In this document: positions 45,227 to 55,515 of the stretch, in pieces
Layout: each line of letters starts with the position of its first letter
Position numbering within the stretch: position 1 is the first letter of the stretch
From: Candidatus Micrarchaeota archaeon
GTDB lineage: Archaea > Micrarchaeota > Micrarchaeia > Micrarchaeales > CABMGC01
DNA: 55,740 nucleotides
NCBI GenBank assembly: GCA_023270055.1
Contig: JAGDYB010000012.1
Span: 1-55,740, forward strand
Reading direction: 5' to 3'
The notes under the pieces: model-generated
What the model was told of the DNA's origin: nothing
The model's database searches: none
What the model saw: only the letters and a program-made list of their open reading frames with translations
Translations under genes and position numbers: made by a program

Positions 45227-46507
45227 TCACGGCTCTACCCTGTTTATGACCCTTGGAAACGGTATTGCGTCGCGTATGTGATCAAGGTTTAACAGCCATT
45301 TTATGACGCGCTCCATGCCCATGCCAAAGCCGGCATGAGGCACACTGCCGTATCTTCTAAGGTCAATGTACCATTTGTAGTTCTCAGTGTTAAGGCCAAA
45401 CATTTTCATCTTTTCTAGAAGCTCATCAAGCTTCCATATCCTTTCGCTGCCGCCTATTATCTCGCCGTGGCCGTGCGGAGCAAGCATGTCAGCGCACTTG
45501 ACCGTCCTAGGATCCTTTGGATCGTCGGGCATGTAAAAAGCTTTTATCTCCCTCGGCCAATGATGCACGAATATCGGTTTTTTCTGATCCTCCGTAAGCA
45601 GGCGCTCTTCTTCAACCCCGAAATCGTCGCCCCATTTGAGTTTCGAGCCTTTCTCGTTCAGTATCTCTATCGCCTTCTCGTAGGTTATTCTGGGAAATGG
45701 CGGCCTTATATCAAGCAGTGTTGACGGTTCTATGTTGAAAAACTTAATCAAATCTTCGTGCTCCTTGGCAAGCTTTCTCGCAATGCTGCTCACCAGCTTT
45801 TCCTGAAATTTCATGTTGTCATCAAGATCAAAATATGCCGCTTCCGGCTCGAGGTGCCAGTATTCGGCGAGATGCTTCACCGTCCTAGATTTTTCCGCCC
45901 TGTAGGACGGCGCAAAAGAGTATACCTTTTCCAGCGAGTATACCATCGCTTCTGCATACAGCTGCGAAGATTCAGTCAAATACGCTTTTTCTCCGAAATA
46001 ATCAACCGCAAACAGGCTGGAGCCTGTCTCACCACCGGCTTTTGTTATCAAAGGTGGGGATATCTCGAAAAAGCCGTTTTTGTCCATGAATTCTCTAGCA
46101 TACCTGAATATGTACGCCCTTGCCATCATTATCTTCGTCATCTTCTGGCTCCTCAGCCAGAGATGCCTATAATCGAGAAGAAGCTCGGGGCTCTGGTATT
46201 CGGTTATCGGGAAAGGCTCCGACGCATGCACGAGTTTGAAGTTTTCCGCTTCAAGTTCAAATCCTGTAGGCGCTCGCTCGTCTTTTTTTACCATACCCTC
46301 AACTTCAATGCTTGATTCTATTGATGCGTCGTTTGCGGCCTTCCACGCCTGTTCGCTCACCTTGTCTTTTTTAATGGCCACCTGCATCGTTCCGGATCTG
46401 TCCCTTATGATTATGAATATTATGCCGCCGCTGCCCCTTTTCCTGTATACCCATCCCGCAAGTTCGTGCCGTTCGCCAACCTTGGCTTCGGCATCCTTGA
46501 CATACAT
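45227..46507 (-). CDS. asnS: Asparagine--tRNA ligase
   Basis: OB domain 'GWVYRKR..GG', 'RHLWLR', 'YLTESSQLY.E', motif 2 'YRAEKSRT..HLAEYW.LE.E', motif 3 'PHAGFGMGMER'. Confidence 0.92.
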   Translation of the reverse strand: MYVKDAEAKVGERHELAGWVYRKRGSGGIIFIIIRDRSGTMQVAIKKDKVSEQAWKAANDASIESSIEVEGMVKKDERAPTGFELEAENFKLVHASEPFPITEYQSPELLLDYRHLWLRSQKMTKIMMARAYIFRYAREFMDKNGFFEISPPLITKAGGETGSSLFAVDYFGEKAYLTESSQLYAEAMVYSLEKVYSFAPSYRAEKSRTVKHLAEYWHLEPEAAYFDLDDNMKFQEKLVSSIARKLAKEHEDLIKFFNIEPSTLLDIRPPFPRITYEKAIEILNEKGSKLKWGDDFGVEEERLLTEDQKKPIFVHHWPREIKAFYMPDDPKDPRTVKCADMLAPHGHGEIIGGSERIWKLDELLEKMKMFGLNTENYKWYIDLRRYGSVPHAGFGMGMERVIKWLLNLDHIRDAIPFPRVINRVEP

Positions 46508-46682
46508 AGAAACACCAATAATAAATAGGGATTAACAAATAAAAATGTGCCAGGCTTGCGAATGGTGCAAGAAATTCGCAATCAGACAGCTTTTGTACAA
46601 AGTCTATATAAAAGTTTAACACTTCTATTCTATTACTGGCTTGATAGCATTTGAATACTCGCAATAGATAGGTGGTGCTGAA

Positions 46683-46952
46683 TTGGAATATATAGACTTT
46701 GACAGATTGCTCAAGATATGCAGGCTTGAGCTTGAGCCTGATGAGAAGGAGAAGATGCAAAAGGGCATCGTTGAGGTGATTGCCTACTTTGACACACTCA
46801 ACTCTTTCAATGCCGAAGTTGAAGGTAGGGCTAGAAAGGAGGAAAAGCCTGGCGTGCTGCGCGAAGATGTGGTAAAGGAATTTGACGATGTTGACGGTCT
46901 GCTGAAGAACACGAAAACCTACAGATTTTATGTTGTTGGTCCGAAAATATGA
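46683..46952 (+). CDS. gatC: Asp/Glu-tRNA amidotransferase subunit C
   Basis: 'L.K.CRLEL...E', 'LRED.V', 'L.N'; directly upstream of gatA. Confidence 0.85.
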   Translation: MEYIDFDRLLKICRLELEPDEKEKMQKGIVEVIAYFDTLNSFNAEVEGRARKEEKPGVLREDVVKEFDDVDGLLKNTKTYRFYVVGPKI

Positions 46953-48298
46953 GCAGCATAGAAGAGTTTTACAGCTTGGAAAAAGATAAGGAGTATTATC
47001 GCGACCTACTGGAAGAGCTTGGCAAAGTTAACGAAAAGCTAAATGCGTTCAACAACATAAATGAAGGTTTGAGCTCCGGATTTCCGTTCAGTGCGAAAGA
47101 CAACCTGTGCGTGAAGGGCGTAGAGAGCACAGCCTCTTCAAAAATGCTTTCCGGATATGTGCCACCGTACAACGCGACTGTTGTGGAACGCATGCTCCGC
47201 AACAAGTTCGGCTTCATAGGCAAAACAAATATGGATGAGTTCGGCTTTGGAAGCTTTGGACTTAACTCGCAGAAGATTGCAAAAAACCCTTTTGACGAGC
47301 ACTACGTCGCAGGAGGCTCGAGCAGCGGCGCGGCAATAGCCACTGCAATACTCAAGTATCATGTTGCCATAGCTGAGTCTACTGGAGGCTCCATTGCTAC
47401 GCCAGCCGCATTTTGCGGCGTTGTTGGATTCACGCCAACGTATGGCACGATATCAAGGCACGGGCTCATAGATTACTCTAACTCGCTTGACAAGATAGGG
47501 ATAATGGCAAGGTCTGCGAAGGACATAAGGCCAGTGTTTGATGCTGTGAAGGGCCCAGACGGATATGATTCCACTGCGGTAAACGCAAAGCTCAATTCAA
47601 ACAACACAAAACATATATTCGTGGTAGATCAGCTTATCGAACTTGTTGACAAAAGGATAAGGGCTTATTTTGAAGCACTGCTCGATAAGCTCAGCTCAAT
47701 GGGTTACAGCATAGAACATGCAAAGATAGAAAGTACCGAAGCCGCTGTTGCAAGCTATTATATTATTGCAATGGCTGAGGCTTCTACCAACCTAGCAAGA
47801 TACACCGGATTCAAATATGGACTCAAGAATGACAATTTCGGCGAAAGCTACAACGAGTTCTTTACTGAAGCGCGCAAATATTTTGGCGACGAGGCAAAGA
47901 GGAGGATAATACTCGGAACTTTTGTCAGGAGCGCAAGCGTAAAGGAGAAATACTATTACAAAGCGCTGAAAGTAAGAGAGGTGCTATCGCATAGCATGCA
48001 TGAAATTTTGGAAAAAGGGTTTATTCTTCTTCCGGTAATGCCAGTTCTCACGCCGAAAATAGAGGATGCAAAAAAGCTTTCGCCTTTGGAAACTTACAAG
48101 ATGGATGCGCTCACGATACCACCAAACCTGTGCGGCCTTCCGCACATATCGTTCCCGTATGCCTATGACAACGGCATGCCGCTGGGCGCACAGCTCATAA
48201 CAAGCAAATTCAACGATTACGCATTGATTGACTTTGTGGAGGAGTGGGAGGAGGAATTCAAGTATGTATTCAAATATAACATAGGTGCGGTACAATGA
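46949..48298 (+). CDS. gatA: Asp/Glu-tRNA amidotransferase subunit A
   Basis: Amidase signature 'KDN', 'GKTNMDEFG', 'GGSSSG', 'ESTGGSI..PA.FCG'; 'EAKRRIILG'. Confidence 0.95.
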   Translation: MSSIEEFYSLEKDKEYYRDLLEELGKVNEKLNAFNNINEGLSSGFPFSAKDNLCVKGVESTASSKMLSGYVPPYNATVVERMLRNKFGFIGKTNMDEFGFGSFGLNSQKIAKNPFDEHYVAGGSSSGAAIATAILKYHVAIAESTGGSIATPAAFCGVVGFTPTYGTISRHGLIDYSNSLDKIGIMARSAKDIRPVFDAVKGPDGYDSTAVNAKLNSNNTKHIFVVDQLIELVDKRIRAYFEALLDKLSSMGYSIEHAKIESTEAAVASYYIIAMAEASTNLARYTGFKYGLKNDNFGESYNEFFTEARKYFGDEAKRRIILGTFVRSASVKEKYYYKALKVREVLSHSMHEILEKGFILLPVMPVLTPKIEDAKKLSPLETYKMDALTIPPNLCGLPHISFPYAYDNGMPLGAQLITSKFNDYALIDFVEEWEEEFKYVFKYNIGAVQ

Positions 48299-49566
48299 TA
48301 ATAGGGCTCGAGGTACACGTGAGTTTGCCTACCAAAACAAAGCTTTTCTGCAGCTGCAGCACCGCAGCATCAGAACCCAACAGCTCCGTGTGCCCAGTAT
48401 GCATGGGTTTTCCCGGCGCAAAGCCGATGCTGAACAGTGAGGCGCTTCGCATTGCGGTAAGCATTGCAGAAGCGTTGCGCTGCAAAATAAGCGAACGCGT
48501 ATCATTTGTCAGAAAAGTCTATTTTTATCCAGATCTTCCAAAATCGTTTCAGATAACACAGCTCTATGAGCCTGTCGGAAAGGACGGATTGGTTGAATGC
48601 TACGACGGAAGCGTAGTGAGGATACGGCGCATACAGCTTGAGGAGGATCCGGCAAGAATAATAAAAGCTGAAGACTATTCGCTGCTGGATTTCAACCGTT
48701 CGGGAATGCCATTAGTCGAAATTGTCACTGAACCAGACATAAAAAGCGAGGAAAGCTTGCGTGCCTTCATCACGGAGCTCATGAGCATACTGTATTACCT
48801 TGGCGTAGATATAGAAGGTGAAATAAAAACTGACTTAAATATATCAATGGCTGGGGAGAGGGTGGAAGTAAAGAACATAACCGGCATAAAAAACATGATA
48901 GATGCGGCAAGGTACGAGGTCCGCAGGCAGAGCAAGATCATAGAGGGCGGAGGGAGCGTGATTTCGGAAACGCGCTCTTATGTAGAGGCGAAAAAGGAAA
49001 CGGTTTCTACAAGGGAAAAGGAAACAGATGAGGAGTACGGGTTCATTGCTGAGCCAGACCTTACATGGTACGATACAAAGGGCATAACGAGAATTGAGCC
49101 AGTATATGCAGACAAGATAGCGGAAGGCTATGCTAAGGAATATGGCATTGACAAGAAAGTGGTCCTTGACCTTATAATGTATGACAGAGATGCACTCCGT
49201 CTTATCGAAAGAACTAAGGGCGCATTTGGCATGAAGACGATAATAAATGGTATAGAAATAGTTAAAAAGTACGGCGATATAGGAAGCGAACAAGCGTTCA
49301 AGAGACTGCTGGACTTTTTGCAAAATGGCGGATATGTCGATGCTGCAGCATTTGAAAAAATCAAGAAGGGCGAAAAGGTGGAAGGCAATGTTATAGACAT
49401 GAAAAAGATAATAGATGAAGCAAGGCTGCTGCTGAACGACAAGGTAAAGGAAGACTACAAGAAGAATCCAAAAGCGATCAACTTTGTGATAGGCAAAATA
49501 GCAGCAAAATACAAGATGAACCCCAGGGATGTTGCTGAAATAGTGAAAAGAATAATTGATGGTTAA
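48295..49566 (+). CDS. gatB: Asp/Glu-tRNA amidotransferase subunit B
   Basis: 'IGLEVH', 'CPVC.G.PGA.P', 'RK.YFYPDLPK.FQITQ', 'EED', 'DFNRSG.PL.EIVTEPD', 'VEVKN', 'EPDL'. Confidence 0.95.
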   Translation: MIIGLEVHVSLPTKTKLFCSCSTAASEPNSSVCPVCMGFPGAKPMLNSEALRIAVSIAEALRCKISERVSFVRKVYFYPDLPKSFQITQLYEPVGKDGLVECYDGSVVRIRRIQLEEDPARIIKAEDYSLLDFNRSGMPLVEIVTEPDIKSEESLRAFITELMSILYYLGVDIEGEIKTDLNISMAGERVEVKNITGIKNMIDAARYEVRRQSKIIEGGGSVISETRSYVEAKKETVSTREKETDEEYGFIAEPDLTWYDTKGITRIEPVYADKIAEGYAKEYGIDKKVVLDLIMYDRDALRLIERTKGAFGMKTIINGIEIVKKYGDIGSEQAFKRLLDFLQNGGYVDAAAFEKIKKGEKVEGNVIDMKKIIDEARLLLNDKVKEDYKKNPKAINFVIGKIAAKYKMNPRDVAEIVKRIIDG

Positions 49567-51336
49567 ATGGAGGCTAATTGCGGAGAGTTGAATGAAAAAT
49601 ATATAGGCAAAAGGGTGGGCCTTTACGGCTGGTGCCGCTATGTCAGGGACCACGGAGGCAAGCTTTTCATAGATATTGCCGATAGATATGGCACGACGCA
49701 GCTCGTGTTCAAGGGTAAGATAAAGAAGGAGGCTGAAGAGCTTGGAAGAGAGTATGTTATATACGCTGAGGGCATGGTAGAGAAGAGAGATGAGGATACC
49801 GTAGACGCCACAAACCCGACAGGCAAAGTAGAAATACAAGTCGACAGCATAAGGCTGATAAGCCGCTCTGAGGTGCCGCCATTCGAGATTATAGATGAAA
49901 AGCGCAGCTTCCTGCCAAACGAGGAGCTCAGGCTCAAGTACAGGTATCTAGATTTGAGAAGAAGGGAAATGATCAAAAAAATAGAATTCAGGGACAAGGT
50001 TGCGAAGATAACGAGGCGCTTTTTCTGGGAGAACGGGTTTCTGGAGCTCGAAACGCCCACTATGATAAGAGACAACTACGAAACGGGCTCAAGGACCTTT
50101 CTTGTTCCGTCAAGAACGAACCGCGGAAAATTCTACGCCCTTCCGCAGTCGCCGCAGATCTACAAGCAGCTCTGCATGATGTCCGGAATTGACAAATATT
50201 TCCAGATGGCACGCTGCTACAGGGACGAAGACCCTAGGGAGGACAGACAACCGGAGTTCACGCAAGTTGACGTTGAAGTTGCGTTCAAGGACGAGCACTA
50301 TATACAATCGCTAATAGAGGGCCTTCTTAAGAAAATATTTGAAGGGCTTGGAAAGGAGCTTAAGCTGCCGTTGAGGCATATGGAGTATGCATACGCGATG
50401 ACAAATTACGGGACCGACAAGCCCGATCTGAGGTTTGACAGCAGGATAATTGATGTTACCGAGATAATGAAGGGTTCTGGGTACAACGTTATAAAAAGGG
50501 TGACAAGCAACGGAGGCAAAGTCAAAGTAATGAAATTCGAGGCTGGGTATGGGGAGAAGAGCAGCAGGCTTGACAAAAACTACATGCTAAAGGTAATAGA
50601 TGCGGCTAAATCGCTCGGACTCATGGGGCTTACGTGGCTTTATGTGAAGAATGCACGCGTGACATCGGAGCCGGAAAGCATTGCAAACTCCATAGGCGAC
50701 GAGGCATGCGAAATGATCAGATCGGCAACAGGAGCAGGCAACGGGGATATAATAGTGATGTGCTCCGACAGTTCTGAGAAGCTGCTGCTTGAAGCCATGG
50801 GAAAGTTAAGGAAGATGATAGGAGACAAGGTGGCGAAATACTCTAGCGATTACGAATTCCTGTGGGTTGAAAAATTCCCCCTTTTCGAGAAAGACGAGGT
50901 CACAGGCAAGCTGAAACCTGCACACAATCCGTTCACGGCACCGACGCCGGAAACCGCCGGACTCATCGAAACCGAGCCGGAAAAGATGGTTAGCAGACAG
51001 TATGACATAGTGCTCAACGGTGTTGAGATAGGCGGAGGTTCTATACGCATAAACGATCCTGAGTTGCAGCGCAAGGTGCTCAAGGCGATAGGGATGAGCG
51101 AAAGGTCGATAAACAGCAGTTTCGGCTTCTTGATAGAGGCCTTAAAATACGGCGCGCCTATCGAAGGAGGTATAGCGCTGGGATTTGACAGGCTTGTTGC
51201 GCTGCTGTACGGCGAAGACGACATAAAGGAGTTTATACTTTTCCCAAAGAACAAGAGATATGAATCCCCTATGGATGGATCACCAAGTAGCATAGACGCA
51301 AAAAGGCTCAAGGATGATTATGGCATAGCATTATAG
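49567..51336 (+). CDS. aspS: Aspartate--tRNA ligase, bacterial type (with GAD insertion), probably non-discriminating
   Basis: 589 aa; 'RDHGG', 'RLKYRYLDLRR', 'FYALPQSPQ.YKQL.M..G.D.YFQ.ARC.RDED.R.DRQPEFTQ', 'YGTDKPDLR', 'GGGSIRI', 'G.ALGFDRL'. Confidence 0.95.
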   Translation: MEANCGELNEKYIGKRVGLYGWCRYVRDHGGKLFIDIADRYGTTQLVFKGKIKKEAEELGREYVIYAEGMVEKRDEDTVDATNPTGKVEIQVDSIRLISRSEVPPFEIIDEKRSFLPNEELRLKYRYLDLRRREMIKKIEFRDKVAKITRRFFWENGFLELETPTMIRDNYETGSRTFLVPSRTNRGKFYALPQSPQIYKQLCMMSGIDKYFQMARCYRDEDPREDRQPEFTQVDVEVAFKDEHYIQSLIEGLLKKIFEGLGKELKLPLRHMEYAYAMTNYGTDKPDLRFDSRIIDVTEIMKGSGYNVIKRVTSNGGKVKVMKFEAGYGEKSSRLDKNYMLKVIDAAKSLGLMGLTWLYVKNARVTSEPESIANSIGDEACEMIRSATGAGNGDIIVMCSDSSEKLLLEAMGKLRKMIGDKVAKYSSDYEFLWVEKFPLFEKDEVTGKLKPAHNPFTAPTPETAGLIETEPEKMVSRQYDIVLNGVEIGGGSIRINDPELQRKVLKAIGMSERSINSSFGFLIEALKYGAPIEGGIALGFDRLVALLYGEDDIKEFILFPKNKRYESPMDGSPSSIDAKRLKDDYGIAL

Positions 51337-51350
51337 TTGTCAAATTTTTA

Positions 51351-51385
51351 TTGCTAATTTTCAATATTTTATTGAAAAAAAGCAA
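51351..51385. promoter_or_regulatory. Inverted repeat just upstream of the TATA box of the HTH-grpE-dnaK-dnaJ operon
   Basis: TTGCT-aa-TTTTCAAT-atttt-ATTGAAAA-aa-AGCAA, followed by TTTATATA at 51389-51396. Confidence 0.45.
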
Positions 51386-51420
51386 ATATTTATATATCTT
51401 TTCACATATATATTAGAAGT

Positions 51421-51855
51421 ATGTCTTCTACAGAAAAAATAGTGCTTAAGTCAGTCAGCAAGCCGGAAAAGGAGAATGTAGACTCTATGCTAGATTGGTT
51501 TTGCAAGGTATTCGACATATCCAACGGCGAGGGGAGCACTGAAATAGCAATACTGAAAGAACTGCTCAGCAAGAGCATAGCAGGAGAGGGTGTCACTAGC
51601 ATGGAGCTCACGGAAAAACTCTCGCTGCCGAGGAGCACGGCAATATACCATCTCAACAGGCTCATTCAGATGGGCATTGCAGTAAGGAAAGGCAGGAAAT
51701 ATTATCTGCGCTCAGGCGACATGGAGGAGACGATAAGCGAACTCCAGGCTGACATAGAAAGGGAATTTAAAAGGATTGGGGAGTTCGCGCAGAAAATAGA
51801 CGAATTGATCGAGAGAGAGATAAATGGACGAGAAAAAAGAGCAAGAAAAAGGTAA
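51421..51855 (+). CDS. Winged-HTH transcriptional regulator (ArsR/TrmB-like)
   Basis: 'GVTSMELTEKLSLPRSTAIYHLNRLIQMGIAVRKGRKYYL' plus a C-terminal coiled coil; overlaps grpE. Confidence 0.85.
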   Translation: MSSTEKIVLKSVSKPEKENVDSMLDWFCKVFDISNGEGSTEIAILKELLSKSIAGEGVTSMELTEKLSLPRSTAIYHLNRLIQMGIAVRKGRKYYLRSGDMEETISELQADIEREFKRIGEFAQKIDELIEREINGREKRARKR

Positions 51856-52426
51856 TGGCGAAAATGTCGAAAAGAGGCAGGAAAGCGAAGACAAGGGCAG
51901 CGAAAGCCAGAACGGCGAACAGAAGAGCGAGGAAGAGGTGCTGAAGGACAGGCTCCTTAGGCTTGCGGCAGAGTTCGACAACTACAAAAAGAGAGTTGCC
52001 GTAGAGATAGAAGGGGCAAAAAACGTAGGCAAAGCAGAAATACTCAAGGGGTTGCTTCCAATAATCGACGAGTTCGAGCTCGCAATAGACTCGATGCCCA
52101 GCGACAACATAAAGAAAGGAATTGAACTTATCTATTCAAACTTCATAGACTTGCTGGAAAGCGAGGGGCTAAAGTGCATAGACACCTCAGGGAAATACGA
52201 TCCATATGTGCATGAAATTATAACAACGCGCGAAAGCGATAAAAAAGAGGGCACCATACTCGAAACGGTGAGGAAGGGATACACTTTCAACAATATGCTT
52301 CTGAGGCCTGCTGCGGTGGTGGTGTCTAAAAGCAAGGAAGAAGACAACGCTGGCGAACAAAAGGGCCAGCAAGGCAGCAGCGCCAGCGGCGATGATGCTG
52401 ACAAAAAATCAAAATCAAATGCTTAA
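51824..52426 (+). CDS. grpE: Nucleotide exchange factor GrpE
   Basis: 'LRLAAEFDNYKKR', 'LLPIIDEFELA', 'YDP..HE', 'KGY......LRPA.V.V'. Confidence 0.96.
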   Translation: MDEKKEQEKGNGENVEKRQESEDKGSESQNGEQKSEEEVLKDRLLRLAAEFDNYKKRVAVEIEGAKNVGKAEILKGLLPIIDEFELAIDSMPSDNIKKGIELIYSNFIDLLESEGLKCIDTSGKYDPYVHEIITTRESDKKEGTILETVRKGYTFNNMLLRPAAVVVSKSKEEDNAGEQKGQQGSSASGDDADKKSKSNA

Positions 52427-52455
52427 TATAAAAATAGGTAAGAAATGGTGATAAA

Positions 52456-54297
52456 ATGAAAATAATAGGAATAGATCTTGGTACTTCAAATTCCGCGGCA
52501 GCGGTTTTGGAGGGGGGCAGACCGACGCTCATTCCAAGTGCTGAGGGAACATCATTGTATGGTAAGGCATTCCCAAGCTATGTTGCATTTACTAAGGATG
52601 GGCAGAGGCTTATAGGAGAGCCTGCAAAGAGGCAGGCAGTGGCAAATCCGGAAGGCACTGTGACCGCATTTAAAAGGAAAATGGGTACGGACTACAAATA
52701 CAATATATACGGCAAGGAGTACACGCCACAGGAGCTTTCGGCAATACTTCTGCAGAAGATAAAGAAAGACGCCGAAGCGTTTCTTGGGGAGGAAGTCACA
52801 AAGGCGGTGATAACGGTGCCTGCGTATTTCGATGATAACCAAAGGCAGGCCACAAAGGATGCAGGCGAGATTGCAGGACTTGAGGTTGTAAGGCTGGTTA
52901 ACGAGCCTACCGCAGCATGCCTTGCTTATGGACTTGACAAGGCAAACAAGGAAATGAAAATTATCGTATATGACTTCGGAGGCGGAACGCTCGATGTCAC
53001 GGTCATGGAGTTCGGCAACGGCGTGTTTGAGGTAAAGTCAACTAGCGGCGACACGCAGCTTGGAGGCACGGACATGGACAATGCTATAGTGGCATTTCTG
53101 CTGGACGAGGTAAAGAAGGCGCATGGTGTTGACATATCCAAAGACAGGCAGGCAATGCAGAGGCTTAGGGAGGCTGCGGAAAAGGCTAAGATAGAGCTAT
53201 CAACAACACTCACAAGTGAAGTGAACCTGCCATTCCTGACCATGGGTCCTGGCAATCAACCGGTGCATTTCACGTATCAGCTTACTAGGGCAAAGCTTGA
53301 GGAGATAGTCTTGCCTATAGTTGAAAGAACAACAAAGCCAGTGATGCAGGCGTTGAAGGATGCGAAGCTAGAGCCCAAGGACATAGACAAGGTAATACTT
53401 ATCGGCGGGCCTACAAGGATGCCAATAGTTCAGAGATACGTGGAGCAGCTGCTTGGCAAGAAGATAGAGAGGGGCGTTGACCCGATGGAAGCGGTTGCAT
53501 TCGGCGCTGCGATACAGGCTGGCGTTCTTACGGGAGATGTCAAGGACATAGTGCTTCTCGATGTAACGCCGCTTTCGCTAGGAATAGAAACGCTTGGCGG
53601 AGTTATGACAAAAATAATAGACAGAAATACTACCATACCGATAAAGAAATCGCAAATATTCACCACGGCGGAAGACTCGCAAACTAGTGTCGACATACAC
53701 ATACTGCAGGGCGAAAGAACCATGGCAAAGGACAACATAGAGCTCGGCAAGTTCACGCTGACAGGTATACCTCCGGCACCAAGAGGCGTGCCGCAGATAG
53801 AGGTCACGTTTGACATAGATGCAAACGGGATATTGCATGTGACCGCAAAGGACAAGGCTACGAACAAAGAACAAAGCATGAAGGTTGTCGCGCCGCTGAA
53901 GATGGACAGGGAAGAGATAGAGAAAAAGATAAACGAGGCGAAGCAGTACGAGGAAGAGGATAAAAAGCTTAGGGAGAAAGTTGAGCTCAAGAACAATGCG
54001 GAGTCGCTCATCTATACGGCTGAGAGATTCCTTAAAGAGAATGAAGGCAAGGTGTCATCCGGAGCCGCGGAGAAAGTGAAGAGCGCAAAGGATCAGTTAA
54101 AGGACGCGCTTGAAAAGGATGACTCAGAGCTGAAGGACAAATATGATGCGCTACAAAGCGCCTTGCAGGAAGCAGGAGCCGAACTCTACAAGTCGGCGGG
54201 CAGTCAAGGGAACACAGGCCCGTCCGGCGGGCCTACCGGAGGCAATGAAGGAGGCGATGCAAACACGCAGGACGCTAACTTCAGGGTGGAGAAATAA
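52456..54297 (+). CDS. dnaK: Chaperone DnaK (Hsp70)
   Basis: '[10 protein letters not shown]', '[16 protein letters not shown]', '[10 protein letters not shown]', '[22 protein letters not shown]'. Confidence 0.99.
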   Translation: MKIIGIDLGTSNSAAAVLEGGRPTLIPSAEGTSLYGKAFPSYVAFTKDGQRLIGEPAKRQAVANPEGTVTAFKRKMGTDYKYNIYGKEYTPQELSAILLQKIKKDAEAFLGEEVTKAVITVPAYFDDNQRQATKDAGEIAGLEVVRLVNEPTAACLAYGLDKANKEMKIIVYDFGGGTLDVTVMEFGNGVFEVKSTSGDTQLGGTDMDNAIVAFLLDEVKKAHGVDISKDRQAMQRLREAAEKAKIELSTTLTSEVNLPFLTMGPGNQPVHFTYQLTRAKLEEIVLPIVERTTKPVMQALKDAKLEPKDIDKVILIGGPTRMPIVQRYVEQLLGKKIERGVDPMEAVAFGAAIQAGVLTGDVKDIVLLDVTPLSLGIETLGGVMTKIIDRNTTIPIKKSQIFTTAEDSQTSVDIHILQGERTMAKDNIELGKFTLTGIPPAPRGVPQIEVTFDIDANGILHVTAKDKATNKEQSMKVVAPLKMDREEIEKKINEAKQYEEEDKKLREKVELKNNAESLIYTAERFLKENEGKVSSGAAEKVKSAKDQLKDALEKDDSELKDKYDALQSALQEAGAELYKSAGSQGNTGPSGGPTGGNEGGDANTQDANFRVEK

Positions 54298-54325
54298 GAA
54301 GGCAGCGCTTACGAAGTGAAAACAA

Positions 54326-55447
54326 ATGGCAAAAGACTACTACGAGATTCTGGGTGTACCGAAGAACGCCACGCTCGATGAGATAAAGAGAGCTTACAGG
54401 GAGCTGGCGCTCAAATACCACCCAGACAGGAACAAGAGCAAGGATGCAGAAGAAAAATTCAAGGAGATAAACGAAGCGTACGCTGTGCTGAGCGATGAAG
54501 AGAAGAGAAGGAATTATGATGCCTATGGGCCTGAGGGCTTCCAGCAGCAGTACTCCACAGAAGACATATTCAGAGGATTCGACTTCGGAGATATATTCAA
54601 GGATATTGGACTTGATATTAATTTCGGCTTTCCTGGCGGAGAGGACCTGTTTGGCGGCATGTTCACACAGGGCGGCAGAGGCAGGAATTATGATGTCGGT
54701 CAAAGCATTCTATATCCTTTAACGATAACGCTGGAAGAGGCCGCAAACGGGACTAAGAAGGAGATACGCATAAGGCACATTAAAAAGTGCGACAGGTGCA
54801 ATGGCACCGGCGCGGAGCCTGGAGCGAAAGTGACAAAATGCAGCGCCTGCAATGGCACAGGATACCAGAAAATTGTCAAGTCAACGTTCTTCGGCAGAAT
54901 GCAAGTAAATACCGTATGCGAAAAATGTGGCGGAACGGGAAAGGTTTATGATAAGGTGTGCAAGGCATGCGGGGGGCGAGGAGGCGTGGTCGGGGATGAT
55001 ACCATACTGGTCGAAATACCAAAAGGAGTTACTGACGGCATGCGCCTCAGGCTGAAAGGCATGGGCGACTTTGGAAAGGATGGAAATGGAGACCTCTACG
55101 TCGAGGTGCATATAGCGAAACATAAGTTGTTCAGGAGGGAGGGAAATGATATTTACGTAAACGTGGACATACCGTTTTATACTGCAATACTCGGTGGCGA
55201 GATAGAGGTGCCAACACTCAATGGCAGTGAGAAAATAAGGATAGAACCGGGCACGCAGCCTGGGGCTAGGATTGTGCTGCAACATGAGGGAATAAAATCA
55301 TTTAGGGGTAGCGGCAACGGAGATGAAATAGTCACAGTAAATGTTACAATACCAAAAAACCTTACAGATGAACAGAAGGCGCTAATAGAAAAGTTCAAGG
55401 GGGAAGATCAGAGTGGCAAACATGCTAAGCACTTCGGATTTTTCTGA
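54326..55447 (+). CDS. dnaJ: Chaperone DnaJ
   Basis: J domain with HPD, G/F-rich region, four CxxCxGxG repeats. Confidence 0.98.
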   Translation: MAKDYYEILGVPKNATLDEIKRAYRELALKYHPDRNKSKDAEEKFKEINEAYAVLSDEEKRRNYDAYGPEGFQQQYSTEDIFRGFDFGDIFKDIGLDINFGFPGGEDLFGGMFTQGGRGRNYDVGQSILYPLTITLEEAANGTKKEIRIRHIKKCDRCNGTGAEPGAKVTKCSACNGTGYQKIVKSTFFGRMQVNTVCEKCGGTGKVYDKVCKACGGRGGVVGDDTILVEIPKGVTDGMRLRLKGMGDFGKDGNGDLYVEVHIAKHKLFRREGNDIYVNVDIPFYTAILGGEIEVPTLNGSEKIRIEPGTQPGARIVLQHEGIKSFRGSGNGDEIVTVNVTIPKNLTDEQKALIEKFKGEDQSGKHAKHFGFF

Positions 55448-55515
55448 ACGTAGATATTTGCTGCGGCGCATGAAGTAAGATATTTATTACTTGTTTTGAT
55501 ATTATCATCGATAGC

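Noticed and set aside
48844-49839. 331-aa antisense ORF and the many other short antisense ORFs in the track
   Set aside because: They lie opposite well-supported genes (here gatB/aspS), have no motifs, and look like codon-bias shadows.
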